Origin: an uncultured Candidatus Binatia bacterium
Lineage (GTDB): Bacteria; Desulfobacterota; Binatia; UBA9968; CAXXLF01
Direction: 5' to 3'
NCBI GenBank assembly: GCA_965218425.1
Contig: OZ244621.1
Coordinates: forward strand, 1,568,001-1,632,000
Length of the DNA stretch: 64,000 nucleotides
Shown here: in pieces, positions 27,600-38,830 of the stretch
Layout of the letters: each line of letters begins with the position of its first letter
Numbering within the stretch: the first letter of the stretch is position 1
The notes under the pieces: model-generated
What the model saw: only the letters and a program-made list of their open reading frames with translations
Told to the model about the DNA's origin: nothing
The model's database searches: none
Translations under genes and position numbers: made by a program

Positions 27600-28796
27600 A
27601 TGCTTTCCCGAGAGGAAAACGAACTGCTCACAAAAACAGGACCGGGCACCTCCATGGGCGAGATGATGAGACGGTATTGGATACCCGCCCTGCTGTCCGA
27701 AGAAATCCTCGAACCGGACTGCGAACCCAAGCATGTAAGATTGCTCGGTGAGGACCTGGTGGCCTTTCGGGATACCCATGGAAAAATTGGACTACTGGAA
27801 GAGTACTGTCCACACCGAGGGGTTTCCCTCGCCTATGGCCGTAACGAAGAGGGTGGACTACGCTGCATCTACCATGGCTGGAAAATGGACGTGGAGGGCA
27901 ATGTGCTGGAGACCCCCGCAGAGCCCTCCGGCAGTAGCTTCAAAGAGCGCATCAAACACAGGGCCTACGCCACTCGAGAAGTGGCCGATGTCGTGTGGGC
28001 CTACATGGGCCCCCCGGACAAGATGCCAGCCTTTCCGGAGTTCCAGTGGACCCAGGCACCAAAACCCCAGCGTAGCGTTTGTAAAGTATTCTCTGATTGT
28101 AATTATCTGCAAGGGGTGGAGGGAAGCATCGATTCCTCCCATTTGAATTATCTCCATTCCTCTGAATTCAGCTCCCGATCCAGGGACCGCGCGCCACAAT
28201 TAACAGACCCGGAGGATACTCCCTACGGTTTTCGGTATGCAGCCATCAGGAAGGCCGATAAGGAGTCCTACGTCCGCGTTACCCATTTCGTCGCCCCTTT
28301 TCACGTTATTATCCCGCCCGCCAGGGCGGGCGGCGAAGACGTGAGGGCACACCAGACCTGGGTACCCGCCGACGATGACCACCACTACTTTTTCAACTTC
28401 CAGTTTAACAACAACGGACCCTTCACAAGGGATTACGCCGCCCAGTTTGAACTTGATGCCGATTATCACCCGGCTCGTAACCGTCAAAACAAGCACCGGC
28501 AGGACCGGGCCGCCATGAGGGCTGGAAATTTTACCGGCATTGAGGGAATACGGTCCCAGGACATCGCCATTGTGGAGAGCATGCTTCCCGTAGTGGACCG
28601 GACCAAGGAGCACCTGGGGACTGCGGACGTTGCCATCATTCGGGCGCGCCGCCGCTTGATTAACGCAGTGCGCAGCTTTATGGCTGGAGGCGAGCCCTTA
28701 GGCCTCCACCCATCGATTGAGTACCATCGAATAAGGAGTGAGGAAAAGATCGTTCCTCCCAACACCCCCTGGCAGGAGGTGTTAGACCAGACGTAG
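27600..28796 (+). CDS. Rieske non-heme iron oxygenase alpha subunit (phthalate dioxygenase/LigXa-like)
   Basis: Rieske ligands CPHRG...CIYHG, mononuclear Fe ligands DSSH..YLH, QD, and EHLGTAD. Confidence 0.9.
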   Translation: MLSREENELLTKTGPGTSMGEMMRRYWIPALLSEEILEPDCEPKHVRLLGEDLVAFRDTHGKIGLLEEYCPHRGVSLAYGRNEEGGLRCIYHGWKMDVEGNVLETPAEPSGSSFKERIKHRAYATREVADVVWAYMGPPDKMPAFPEFQWTQAPKPQRSVCKVFSDCNYLQGVEGSIDSSHLNYLHSSEFSSRSRDRAPQLTDPEDTPYGFRYAAIRKADKESYVRVTHFVAPFHVIIPPARAGGEDVRAHQTWVPADDDHHYFFNFQFNNNGPFTRDYAAQFELDADYHPARNRQNKHRQDRAAMRAGNFTGIEGIRSQDIAIVESMLPVVDRTKEHLGTADVAIIRARRRLINAVRSFMAGGEPLGLHPSIEYHRIRSEEKIVPPNTPWQEVLDQT

Positions 28797-29125
28797 GGCG
28801 CGGGTTAGTCGAACGCAGCAAGGCGCCAGGCAATCACTGAGTGACGAGGACTGAGTGGAGAGGGATAAGAGCCGAGGATAGAGAATCAAAGACAGCAACA
28901 TGAAAGAAGAAAATTAACCGCAGACTCACGCAGATCATGGTCTGGCCATACCGGCTAGAAACTCGTTTTCCCTGCGCTTTGTTTTTTCCAATCCCTTTCC
29001 GAGGCTGATAGCTGACGGTTGACAGCCTATTTCCCCTAACACTGAACCCTGGCTTCGCCGATTCCTGCTAGCTGCTTACTGCTATCCGCCTACTTTTTTC
29101 CCTTGGCGTCCTTTGCCCGACGGGC
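28797..29125. repeat. Intergenic modular short-repeat mosaic between convergent genes
   Basis: TAACCGCAGACTCACGCAGAT (28915), GGCTGATAGCTGA (29003), CTGCTTACTGC (29072) and CCTTGGCGTCCTTTGC (~29101). Confidence 0.6.
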
Positions 29126-29791
29126 CTAACCGGCCACGGCCTTTTTCTTTTGAGTCTGTTGCCAGGTTTGAACAATCTCCTCAGAAGATGCCACCAGTCC
29201 AAAGTGTTGCCGGATATTTTCGAGGGTCGACTGATGAAGCGCCTGATTGTAGGCCGCCGAGCAGTCACTCACCATAGTAACGTAGTAGTCATACATGAAG
29301 GCGTCTCTAGCGGTGGTCTCCACACAGACATTAGTGGCGACACCCATGGCCAAGACACTCTCTACCCCCCTGGCCTTGAGAACAGTATTGAGGTCCGTAT
29401 TGATAAAGGAACTGTAGCGGTGCTTGACCACCACCCGCTCATGGGGAAGGGGTGCAATTCCTTCGTAGAACTCTGCCCCCCAAGTCCCTTCGCGACAGGT
29501 CTGAACATCCTTACCTTCCGGCTTGCGATAGAGCCAGGCAGGGGTGTCGGTCCATTCACTGTGGGTGGTCTTGATGTAAACAACCGGCAGGAACACCTTG
29601 CGTGCCTCTTCAATGAGATGCACCAACCTGGGAACCATCTCCATGGCCGCAGTGACATCGCTGCCCCTGCGGGCGGCAGCCCCCTTGGGGCTACAGAAGT
29701 CATTCTGGACATCCACCACGATCAGGCACCCCACCTCAGGGCTGCATCTCTCTTGCAGGCTTCTTAGAATCTTCATCTTATCCTCCGACAT
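29126..29791 (-). CDS. Cysteine hydrolase, isochorismatase/RutB family
   Basis: VVDVQNDF, KHRYSSF and ATNVCVETTARDA (D-K-C triad). Confidence 0.9.
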   Translation of the reverse strand: MSEDKMKILRSLQERCSPEVGCLIVVDVQNDFCSPKGAAARRGSDVTAAMEMVPRLVHLIEEARKVFLPVVYIKTTHSEWTDTPAWLYRKPEGKDVQTCREGTWGAEFYEGIAPLPHERVVVKHRYSSFINTDLNTVLKARGVESVLAMGVATNVCVETTARDAFMYDYYVTMVSDCSAAYNQALHQSTLENIRQHFGLVASSEEIVQTWQQTQKKKAVAG

Positions 29792-29838
29792 CCGTTGTGA
29801 GCTATATTGTATCTGGAGGAGAAATGGACCAAGGCAAT

Positions 29839-30249
29839 CTAACTCTCGATTAGGGCCCTTAGGATATCTCTTCCGGTCACCAGGCCCTGCAATTTATCTC
29901 CCTCCACCACCGGCAAAAAGCCGATTCGTTCATCTAATAATAGGCGGCCAGCCTCTTGGACGGAGGCATCCGGTGAAATGGTGATGGCGGGTTGATTGAT
30001 CACCCCCTTGATCGAAACCGTATCGAGGAATGCCTTCTCTTGCCTCTCTCCGTAATTGACGAGAGACGAGAAAGAAGCCCGTAACAGGTCACGTTCACTG
30101 ACTACTCCAACTACCTTTTCGCCTTCCAGAACTGGAAAATGGCGGATATGACCCTGTTTCATAATGTCCTTAGCAAGTTGTAAGCTGTCGCTCCGACGCA
30201 GAGTCCGTACTTTAAGAACCATAATATCCCGTACCTTTTTTGTAGCCAT
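29839..30249 (-). CDS. CBS-pair protein (AcuB-like)
   Basis: IRHFPVLEG..VVGVVSERD and IGFLPVVEG..LQGLVTGRD. Confidence 0.85.
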   Translation of the reverse strand: MATKKVRDIMVLKVRTLRRSDSLQLAKDIMKQGHIRHFPVLEGEKVVGVVSERDLLRASFSSLVNYGERQEKAFLDTVSIKGVINQPAITISPDASVQEAGRLLLDERIGFLPVVEGDKLQGLVTGRDILRALIES

Positions 30250-30398
30250 GATCGTGCCTCCTCTTATGATAACAGAAGTTGGGTCCTGATTTCGGCCTTC
30301 GCAAGGAATCCAATAGCTCCCTTATCAAGCGGGTAAGTCGTCGTCAATAGGCCCCTTCAAGAAACTGCTGGCTCCCAAGGCAATGTTCAGCACGGATC

Positions 30399-31248
30399 TC
30401 AGACGTCCAAGTAAGCAGATTTTATGTTTTCATTGTTGAGAAGGTCTCGGGCGTCCCCGTGAAAGGCCCGGTGCCCATGTTCCAACACATAGCCACGATG
30501 GGAACACTACTCTTCTCGAACTGCACGTCCTCGGAGGCAAACGCGGCAACGTCTTCGATAATCAGTGCCGCCCCAGGGCTGACCAGCACTGCCGAGGCTA
30601 GCCGGACATGCTCTTTGTGATAGCCCAAGGGTTTGATGAACCCCTTCTCGAAGAAATATCCTACGAGAAAAAAAAGCGACGCCACAAGGCCTACCAGAAC
30701 AAACGGATTCCACCCCCAGTAGTCCAATAAAAGGTAAACTATGAAACCTGAAACCATCAGGAACTCGCCGTGGGCGAGGCTCAACGCACCGCTCACGCCG
30801 AAGATGAGCGAGAGACCAAAGGCCGCCAGGGCGCAGACACCACCCAGCAAAATCCCGTCGATGATCAACTGCGCAAGGACAGCGGGTTCCATTACCACTT
30901 GCCGCTCTTGAATCGTCGGACCTTGAGCCCTTTGTCCAAAGGCCAGAGTGACACCTGCTTTCCTCCCTGGATCTGTGTGGGCTAGGGGTGAAGCGTGCCA
31001 TAGCCTCGCGAATCATGTTGCTCAACCATCTTCCCGCCAAACAGAGGAAGGTTTGTCTCCCACATGGCCCGGCGGATCGCCTCCTTATCCAGACTGCCCG
31101 CCCGTTTCAGAGCATCTTCTATGCGCCTGTAAGAATTGTATCGAATCCCGGACTCCGAAAACTGCCATGGCTCGAACCCCGCTGCGCGGCAGATGGCCAG
31201 GTATTCCCTGTGATCGGGTGTCTCACCCGTAGATGTTTTGTTTACCAT
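30399..31248 (-). pseudogene. Collapsed branched-chain amino-acid ABC operon (LivK C-terminus, LivH N-terminus and LivF C-terminus fragments)
   Basis: DALKRAGSLDKEAIRRAM (LivK), GLSLIFGV...AHGEF (LivH), then in another frame HRGYVLEHG...DLLNNENI/SAYLDV* (LivF). Confidence 0.7.
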
Positions 31249-31371
31249 GGCTTGCGCTCACTGCCCATTTGCCGTGGGGAGAGACTATCTGATATGAAGC
31301 TGGCATATCAACTTGAGGCGGGTTTCGTAGCGTTCATGAACTAATGAACACGGCCAGAGGAGGAAATCCCC

Positions 31372-32187
31372 ATGTTAAAGACTGATAAGGGAGAAACCAT
31401 AGACGTAGATGGTATTAAGACCTATTACATTAAGGTAGGCACTGGTGAACCACTGTTGCTGATCCACGGTGCATCCCCTGGCGCCTGTGCCCTGGTGAAC
31501 TGGGGACTGAATATCGAACCCCTCGCCGCCTCGGGTTTCACCGTAATCGCCTTTGATCAGCCTGGATTTGGTTACAGCGATCAACCAAAGGACTATTCCT
31601 TAGAGTATCGGGTGGCCCACGCGAAAGCCTTCATTGATCGGATGAATCTTCAAAGCTTTTATGTAATGGGCAATTCTCAGGGAGCTTACATCGCAGCGCG
31701 AATCGCGTTGGAGGACCCAAGAACAAAAAAGTTAGTATTGGTGTCCAGCGGCACTTTGGCGCCTCCAGGCTCCCCACAATCTCAGGCCTTGTCCAAGGAA
31801 CACTCGGAAAGACTGAGACAGTACTCACCCAGTCTGGACAACTCTCGGCTGCTCACCCGCGGCACCCTGTACCATGAAGAATTAGTGACGGACGAGCTGG
31901 TTCAGCTCCGCTATGAGATGGGCCTTGGAAAGAATCTCGCGGCTCAAGCGGAACGACGTAAAGCCTCTTCCCCCAGGCCTCTTCGTAACGAGATGCCCAA
32001 CTTGAAGGTCAAGACACTGATCCTTTGGGGGAAAAATGATGGTGGGGCTTCAGTGGAGCGAGGCCTCGCCCTATTTCAATCCATTCCCGGGGCAGAACTT
32101 CACATCTTTGATGAGTGCGCTCATTGGGTACAGTGGGATCAGGCCCCAAGGTTTCATAAACTCGTCGCGGATTTCCTTGCTAATTAG
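31372..32187 (+). CDS. Alpha/beta hydrolase, meta-cleavage product hydrolase-like (BphD/MhpC family)
   Basis: LIHGASPGA, DQPGFGYS, GNSQG, WGKND and HIFDECAHWVQWD. Confidence 0.8.
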   Translation: MLKTDKGETIDVDGIKTYYIKVGTGEPLLLIHGASPGACALVNWGLNIEPLAASGFTVIAFDQPGFGYSDQPKDYSLEYRVAHAKAFIDRMNLQSFYVMGNSQGAYIAARIALEDPRTKKLVLVSSGTLAPPGSPQSQALSKEHSERLRQYSPSLDNSRLLTRGTLYHEELVTDELVQLRYEMGLGKNLAAQAERRKASSPRPLRNEMPNLKVKTLILWGKNDGGASVERGLALFQSIPGAELHIFDECAHWVQWDQAPRFHKLVADFLAN

Positions 32188-32370
32188 GCTTTATGCGTCA
32201 TGAGCCGGCCTCGTTGACATAAAAACCTACCTATAGAATACTCATAAGAAGGCACGTGGATCTTCGAAGAACGAGGAGGTCCTCATCGGCGCTCTTCCAG
32301 CAGGACCCATTCAAATCGAAATGTTCCCGCCGGGCCGGGACTAAGAATTCTACAACCAGAGGATCCATCC

Positions 32371-33405
32371 ATGAAAACGATGAAAGCCATCGTCAAAAAG
32401 TCCCCCGGCCCGGGTCTCGAATTACAATCTGCCGAGGTTCCCGTATGCGGCACCAATGACGTCTTGATCAAGGTCCAGAAAACCGCCGTCTGCGGCACCG
32501 ACCTTCACATTTATAACTGGGACGAATGGGCCCAACGCGCCATTCGCACCCCTCTCATCATCGGTCACGAGTTCGTCGGTGAGATTGTCAACATGGGACA
32601 GGGGGTCAAGGGTTTTTCCGTTGGCCATCGGGTCACGGGAGAGGGTCACCTGACCTGTGGTACTTGCAGAAACTGCCGTGCGGGGAAGCGTCACCTCTGT
32701 CACCGAACGGCGGCTCTGGGCATTCACAGGAACGGGTCCTTCGCCGAGTACCTGGTCCTGCCCGAGTTCAACGTCTGGCCGGTTCATCCCAATATCCCTT
32801 CCGAAATTGCCACTATCTTTGATCCCCTGGGAAATGCCGCCCACTGTGCTCTTTCCTACGACATGGTGGGAGAGGACGTCCTCATCACCGGCGCGGGTCC
32901 GGTGGGGCTGATGGCCGTTGCCATTTGCCGTTTTGTGGGAGCGCGGCACATCGCAATAACCGATATCAACGACTACCGCTTGAACCTGGCAAGACTCATG
33001 GGTGCATCACGAGCCATCAACGTAAGCAAAACCACTTTAGAGCAAGGGATTGAAGACCTTCAGATGTCCAACGGCTTTGATATCGGGTTGGAGATGTCTG
33101 GAAACCCCCAGGCTTTCAATGACATGATAAGAAACATGTATCATGGGGGACGCATCGCCCTTTTGGGGTTCTTACCGAAATCCACCCGAATCAATTGGGA
33201 TGAAGTCATATACAAAGGGCTGTTGATCAAAGGGATATTCGGCAGGGAGCTGTTTGAAACCTGGTACAAGATGGCTCAGATGCTCAGAAGCGGTCTCAAT
33301 ATTTCTAACGTCCTCACCCACAGGTACTATGTGGACGATTTTCAGATGGCTTTCGAGGCCATGCAATCCGGCAACTGCGGGAAAGTCATCCTGGGTTGGG
33401 AATAG
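32371..33405 (+). CDS. tdh: L-threonine 3-dehydrogenase
   Basis: [33 protein letters not shown] and FETWYKM; adjacent to kbl. Confidence 0.95.
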   Translation: MKTMKAIVKKSPGPGLELQSAEVPVCGTNDVLIKVQKTAVCGTDLHIYNWDEWAQRAIRTPLIIGHEFVGEIVNMGQGVKGFSVGHRVTGEGHLTCGTCRNCRAGKRHLCHRTAALGIHRNGSFAEYLVLPEFNVWPVHPNIPSEIATIFDPLGNAAHCALSYDMVGEDVLITGAGPVGLMAVAICRFVGARHIAITDINDYRLNLARLMGASRAINVSKTTLEQGIEDLQMSNGFDIGLEMSGNPQAFNDMIRNMYHGGRIALLGFLPKSTRINWDEVIYKGLLIKGIFGRELFETWYKMAQMLRSGLNISNVLTHRYYVDDFQMAFEAMQSGNCGKVILGWE

Positions 33406-33450
33406 GCCCATGCCCTGCTCAAACATTGTTAGCCGTCGGGCAAGTTGAAA

Positions 33451-34635
33451 ATGCAGACCAAAGAACACTTTTTCTCCCAACTGGACCAGATCCGGTCCGA
33501 GGGCCTGTATAAGGAAGAGCGGCTCATCACCACCCCACAGAGTGTCGAGATTGGAGTGAACCCCGGGGGAGAGGTACTCAACTTCTGCGCCAATAACTAT
33601 CTCGGCTTGGCGAACCATCCCGATATCATCACTGCCGCAACCAAGGCCCTCAAGCAATTCGGCTTCGGCATGGCCTCCGTCAGGTTTATCTGTGGCACCC
33701 AGAGCCAGCACCGGGATCTGGAAAAGTCCATTGCAGAATTCCTCGGCACGGACGATGCCATTCTGTACACCTCTTGCTTTGACGCTAACGGCGGACTGTT
33801 TGAAACACTCCTGGGAGAGAAAGATACCGTCTTGAGCGATGCCCTCAACCATGCCTCCATCATCGATGGAATCCGTCTATCAAAGGCCGCTCGTTCTCGT
33901 TATGCCCACGGTGATATGTCAGATCTCAAAAAACATCTTGAAGCGGCCAAGGACCATGAAATTAAACTCGTTGCCACAGACGGCGTCTTTAGCATGGACG
34001 GAGATATCGCCAAGCTCAATGAAATCGTCCCCCTGGCAAAAAGATTCAATGCCATGATTGTTGTGGACGACTCCCACGCCACCGGTGTCATCGGGAAGAC
34101 CGGCCGCGGTTCGGCGGAGTATCATAAAGTGCTGGGAGATATCGATCTTTTTACTTCAACTCTGGGTAAGGCGCTAGGAGGGGCTTGCGGAGGATTCACC
34201 GCGGGTAGACAGGAACTCATCGACATGCTCCGTCAACGGTCCCGGCCCTATCTATTTTCCAACTCTCTCCCACCTCCCTTGGTGGCGTCGGGTATCAAGG
34301 TCCTGGAACTTTTATCCAGCACCACGGAGTTACGCGACAAACTCGAGGAAAACACCCGCTATTTTCGGGGGAGGATCACGGCTGCCGGTTTTGAAATCAA
34401 ACCCGGGATTCACCCGATCGTCCCTATTATGCTCTACGATGCCAAGCTGGCTAAGACCATGGCCGATGAACTCTTGAAAGAGGGGGTTTATGTGGTGGGC
34501 TTTTCCTACCCCGTGGTCCCCGAGGGGGAGGCCCGCATTCGGATCCAGTTGTCCGCCGCCCACGAGAGGAAACACTTGGACCTTGCAGTGGCAGCCTTCT
34601 CCAAGGTGGGAAAGAAACTAGGAGTCATTAATTGA
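33451..34635 (+). CDS. kbl: Glycine C-acetyltransferase (2-amino-3-ketobutyrate CoA ligase)
   Basis: [43 protein letters not shown] and [11 protein letters not shown]. Confidence 0.95.
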   Translation: MQTKEHFFSQLDQIRSEGLYKEERLITTPQSVEIGVNPGGEVLNFCANNYLGLANHPDIITAATKALKQFGFGMASVRFICGTQSQHRDLEKSIAEFLGTDDAILYTSCFDANGGLFETLLGEKDTVLSDALNHASIIDGIRLSKAARSRYAHGDMSDLKKHLEAAKDHEIKLVATDGVFSMDGDIAKLNEIVPLAKRFNAMIVVDDSHATGVIGKTGRGSAEYHKVLGDIDLFTSTLGKALGGACGGFTAGRQELIDMLRQRSRPYLFSNSLPPPLVASGIKVLELLSSTTELRDKLEENTRYFRGRITAAGFEIKPGIHPIVPIMLYDAKLAKTMADELLKEGVYVVGFSYPVVPEGEARIRIQLSAAHERKHLDLAVAAFSKVGKKLGVIN

Positions 34636-34650
34636 AAGGAAATCCAAATT

Positions 34651-35193
34651 ATGGGCGGAATCACGGCGGGAGAACTGTTTCCCAGCGCAAGTCTTAGAGA
34701 CATCGATGGCCAATTAGTGGCGTTTCCTTTCGTTTTCGCCAGCGTTACCTCTTTCTATCGAGGTCGTTTCTGACCCTGGTGTCGGGCCCAGGTGACGGCT
34801 TTTGTCTACGACATCGAAAAGTTCACCCGTAACGGAGTTCAGATCCTCGGTATCAGCGCGCAGCCCGCGGAAGAAGGAAAAAAGTTCAGCGACCGCGTCA
34901 TTGAGGATTCAAGTGAGGACCGCCCAGGTATGCCTTGAGTCCTTTTCCGGTAGGCCTCATCTGCGATCCTTATAATAGAGAACTCATTCAAAGGGCTGGC
35001 GCAGGAGGCCAGGAAAGCGAGGATTGATTTCCGGCCCATGAGCACGGTGGTTGACCGCTCCGGTACAGTTCGGTGGCTTTACACGGGAGACGGGAGCCCC
35101 TCGGATAGGCTGGGACCGAGCAAGCACGCAACGGTGGCAGCCGCGGTTAGCCACGGGAGAGAAATCCCGCTAAACATCCCGGGCAACCGGTAG
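34651..35193 (+). pseudogene. Peroxiredoxin-like (AhpC/TSA) selenoprotein gene, Sec at codon 41, frameshifted downstream
   Basis: RBS AAAGGA and ATG 34651. Reads FYRGRF-TGA(34771)-PWC...VQILGISAQ. The FP..LICDP segment is in the -1 frame; RPMSTVVDRSGTVRWLY...DR is back in frame 0, ending at TAG 35193. Confidence 0.75.
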
Positions 35194-35256
35194 CGGTTGT
35201 TTCCGCAACAGCGAGTTACGCTGACGTTTCTATCGACGTCACCTGGTCACCAGGAG

Positions 35257-36327
35257 TCAGCCCCACACGCTCTTCCCGCCAAAGCGGCTTTCCCACTGCT
35301 GAATCACTTCCTTATTAAAAACGTTGTCCGGCACCTTGCCCTCCAGGGCTGCCAGTACCGAATCGGTAGCCCAATGGATTCCCGGACCGATACCACTTCC
35401 CAGATTGGCAGAGACCATATGGGGAGAGAGAAGGACCTTGTCTCCCATTTTACGCAGCGGGCTGTTCAACCCCAGTGGTTCCTCCTCGAATACATCCAGC
35501 GCCGCCCCCGCAATCTGACTCTTTTCCAGAGCACTCACCATGTCGTTTTCATTTACACAGTATCCCCGCGAGGTGTTGATGAGGATCGCGTTTGGTTTCA
35601 TCTGGGCCAGCTGACCGGCGCCTATCATATGTCGCGTCTCCCGGTTGAGAACCACGTGAAGACTCACCACATCAGATTCCTTGAGGAGGGTGGGTAGATC
35701 CACGCGCTTCACGCCATGCTCCGAAAACTTGGTCTCAGGAACATAAGGATCGCAGGCCAGTATGTTAGCGTTCCAGGGCCGCATGAGGTCCGCCACCCGG
35801 CTTCCAATTCTACCGAGACCGATGAGCCCAATGGTAATCCCCCGGTAGCCGTCTGCACGGGTTCCAATGTAAGTCCCTTCGAACTCCTTCCGTCTCCATG
35901 GCCCCCCGTCCTTGAGGTGCCGGTCCCGCTCGCGAACTTTCTTGAGCAGGGTCAGCAACGCGGTGATGGTGCCCTCGGCAACGCCACCCCAGTTCGATTC
36001 CGTAGGGCAGTGGGTCACCAGAATCCCCAATTCCGTGGCCGCCTCCACGTCCACGTCGTCCACTCCGATGGTGTATTTGGCAACGATGCGTATCTTATTC
36101 GAACTCTGCATGATCTTCTTTGTGATAGGGGAGCTACGTATGGAGGTCCCTGTCAGGGCATCACACCCCGTGGCCATCTTGGCCATCTCCTCCTCGTTGT
36201 TCCCCTGGGGGGTTTCCCAGGAGGCCTTTCCCAAAACCAGTTCGCATCCTTTCCCCTCAAGCTTTCGATGTGTCTCTTCCGTTGGGTCCGCCGGGGCAAA
36301 AATGAATACCTTTGATGATGCTGCCAT
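35257..36327 (-). CDS. D-isomer-specific 2-hydroxyacid dehydrogenase (SerA-like)
   Basis: GLGRIG, INTSRG, DVFEEEP and SPH. Start MAASSK follows an AGGGAG RBS. Confidence 0.88.
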   Translation of the reverse strand: MAASSKVFIFAPADPTEETHRKLEGKGCELVLGKASWETPQGNNEEEMAKMATGCDALTGTSIRSSPITKKIMQSSNKIRIVAKYTIGVDDVDVEAATELGILVTHCPTESNWGGVAEGTITALLTLLKKVRERDRHLKDGGPWRRKEFEGTYIGTRADGYRGITIGLIGLGRIGSRVADLMRPWNANILACDPYVPETKFSEHGVKRVDLPTLLKESDVVSLHVVLNRETRHMIGAGQLAQMKPNAILINTSRGYCVNENDMVSALEKSQIAGAALDVFEEEPLGLNSPLRKMGDKVLLSPHMVSANLGSGIGPGIHWATDSVLAALEGKVPDNVFNKEVIQQWESRFGGKSVWG

Positions 36328-36329
36328 GA

Positions 36330-36620
36330 ACTTATTCTCCCTTTTTATAATGTAAATTTGCCGGGCAAAGAAATTGCCTTTCGCGCCCAAACGCCAAGCC
36401 CGCCAAGAGTTATTAACCGCAGATTAACGCCGACGGGCACCGATAAGGATTATTTTAAGAATCGCACCGCAGAGACGCAAAGTTCGCTGAGGAAAGACCT
36501 TTGCCCCCTTCTGCGCTAATCTGCGGTTAGTTGCTGGTGATTCACTTGCGCCCTGTGCTTTTCTATTCCCTTTACGCGGCTGATAGCTGATTTTCCGAGG
36601 TCGTTCTGTCAAATATTCTA
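36330..36620. repeat. Intergenic modular short-repeat mosaic with a 20-bp inverted repeat
   Basis: TAACCGCAGATTAACGCCGA (36414-36433) matches the reverse complement of 36510-36529 at 18/20. Also CACCGCAGAGACGCAAAG (36465) and GGCTGATAGCTGA (36578). Confidence 0.65.
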
Positions 36621-36680
36621 TAGAACTGAGCGCTTATATCATCCGATCAAAGAGGGGTCAAATTTAGCGCCCATTGCAGC

Positions 36681-36709
36681 TTGACAGTTATAAGGGCGAT
36701 GTCTAGCAT
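36681..36709 (+). promoter_or_regulatory. Sigma70-type promoter for the hydrolase at 36785
   Basis: TTGACA, 17-bp spacer, TAGCAT. Confidence 0.6.
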
Positions 36710-36784
36710 AGGCACGCCCAGCGATTAAGCGCTTGAGACTCAAAGCGAGAACTCAACCTTAATGAGAAGCGGAGGTTTAATTTC

Positions 36785-37594
36785 ATGGCTGACAACCTAT
36801 CTTCCATCACAGAGAAGTACATAGAACTGAGTCATGGTAGAACACGCTACCTGGAGGCAGGGACTGGTTATCCTACCATCCTTATCCACGGCGTGGGCTT
36901 CGGTGGTGGCGCGGACAACTGGCGCCTGAATATTGAACCCCTTTCCAAAAAGCTCCGGGTCTTGGCTATCGACTGCCTCGGTTGGGGCAAGGGAGACCCG
37001 TTCGATCGCGAATATTCATTCGCCTACCTGGTGGATCATGTGCGCGAATTCCAAGATGCCCTAAATCTAGAAAGGACTAACATTGTGGGCCATTCCATGG
37101 GGGGATGGATCGCCTCGGTCTTTGCCTACGAGAGTCCGAACCGGGTGAACAAACTGGTGCTCGTGGCCAGTGGCGGTGCGAGGCCCCGAACCCTTGCCAG
37201 TATGACCGAGTTCAAACCACCCACTAAAGAGACCATACAAAAGCAAATGACAGAGCGTACGGATCCGGCATACCACGGAGAACTGGACAAGTGGGTCGAG
37301 GAGGACTACGCCAAGACACAGATCCCCGGGGCCCTTGATGCCTACCGGAAGATCCTTGCGCACATGAACGATAACCCGAACCGCGTCCGTTACAACACGG
37401 TCCGCCGTTTGCCCCATATCACCGCCCCAACCCTGGTGCTCTGGGGTAGAAACGATCAGACCAACGCTCTCGAGATGGGAGAGGAGACCCACAGACTCGT
37501 CAAAGGTTCGAAAATGGTGGTTTTCGATGCCGGTCACTTCCTACCCTCCCAGGTCCCCGGGCCACTTAACCAAGCCTTGCTGGATTTTCTATAA
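36785..37594 (+). CDS. Alpha/beta-fold hydrolase
   Basis: LIHG, GHSMGG, WGRND and AGHF; GGAGG RBS. Confidence 0.88.
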   Translation: MADNLSSITEKYIELSHGRTRYLEAGTGYPTILIHGVGFGGGADNWRLNIEPLSKKLRVLAIDCLGWGKGDPFDREYSFAYLVDHVREFQDALNLERTNIVGHSMGGWIASVFAYESPNRVNKLVLVASGGARPRTLASMTEFKPPTKETIQKQMTERTDPAYHGELDKWVEEDYAKTQIPGALDAYRKILAHMNDNPNRVRYNTVRRLPHITAPTLVLWGRNDQTNALEMGEETHRLVKGSKMVVFDAGHFLPSQVPGPLNQALLDFL

Positions 37595-37664
37595 CACCGG
37601 ACCTAGGACACGCGTGTTCTGGAATGGAAGGCAGGGAGCTGTTCAAGCAAAACGACGGATGGAA

Positions 37665-38369
37665 TCAAGAAACGGCCAGGTCGTGCGTTCTCTTACCCAG
37701 CCGCCGTGCTCCGTGGGCCGTTGCAACCACCGTATCGCCCCAAGTGCACTTGTAATTTCCCTCTGACAATACAACCGACGGCTTGCAAATGAAAGCTATA
37801 TTTTCCAGGAGCTCGACACTGAACTGTCGCGCGCTGCTGGCGTTGTGAATGATAATGGGTCCATCGTCTCCAGCCCCACGATCGTGCATGGTAAGCGCCG
37901 CTTCTTTGCCCGCCCTCTCCGTGATTTCCGCAAGCTCCTTGCTAGAAACACCAGGTTTCATGCTTGAGCAGACCCGATTAAAAACCTCCTCACCCAGACC
38001 GGTAATTCCAATACGTCCTCGCTCCACATTCAGTTCCTTTAGCCGCTCCACGACGACCTGCCCGTAACGTCGATTGGCCTCGCGCACATCCTTGGTCCAG
38101 TCTTGCACTGGGGGCCAGCGGAGCTTCGCGGAGGTGGCGATGGCAGTCACCTCGCCCTCCAAGGGCAAAACCGCGGCGATGCCAGAGTCCCCTCCACCTC
38201 CGCAGTGGGTCAGGTAGCGTGTGTCCGCCTGAAAATCCGTAGAATTCCCTGTGTTGTTGAGTGTAACAATCACATCGATACCCTGTTGAGCCATGAGCTC
38301 GCGCACGGCCTTCCACCGGCGGTCGCTTTCGGCAAAGGAAAATCCGGGATAAGGATATAAGTCGGACAT
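37665..38369 (-). pseudogene. M24 peptidase/creatinase family gene with internal deletion(s)
   Basis: A creatinase N-domain (ESDRRWKAVRELM...RYLT) is joined at GITGLG|EEVF to late pita-bread elements (MKPG, MH.RG.GDDGP, WGDTVV). Only 234 aa. Confidence 0.7.
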
Positions 38370-38539
38370 CTTCTCTATCGCCCGCTTATTTCTTTCTCGC
38401 TCCGGCTAAAGCATTAGCGGCGAGTTTATTGATGTTGCTCATGTCCATCCACTCCGGACGGGCGGTAAAAAGATACTTGAGGTAGCCCGGGTTTGACGGA
38501 CACCTAAAAAGGGGACAAGATCCCCGAAGGAGGTGTTCG

Positions 38540-38830
38540 ATGGTCAAGCGAAGGCGATTCACCCAAGAGTTTAAGTTGGAAGCTGTTCGACTACTGGAGG
38601 CGGGTGCGCGGCCGGCAGCGGGGATTGCACGGGAACTGGGAGTCCCTCGCAATCGGCTGTACAAGTGGCAGGAACAGGTGAAAAACAAAGGGTCCGTAGC
38701 GTTTCCAGGAACAGGCCGAGGAAGGGACAACGATGAGGTATCGCGGTTAAAGCGAGAGCTGGAACGGGTAACGCAAGAACGAGATATATTAAAAAAGGCC
38801 GCAGCGTACTTTGCCAAGGAGCTCAACTAA
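38540..38830 (+). CDS. IS3 transposase OrfA (HTH)
   Basis: RRFTQEFKLEAV...ARELGV...LYKW...ERDILKKAAAYFA. Confidence 0.92.
   Translation: MVKRRRFTQEFKLEAVRLLEAGARPAAGIARELGVPRNRLYKWQEQVKNKGSVAFPGTGRGRDNDEVSRLKRELERVTQERDILKKAAAYFAKELN

Noticed and set aside
34936..34938. Second in-frame TGA as another selenocysteine
   Set aside because: A TAG follows five codons later, and the homologous-looking sequence continues in a different frame.
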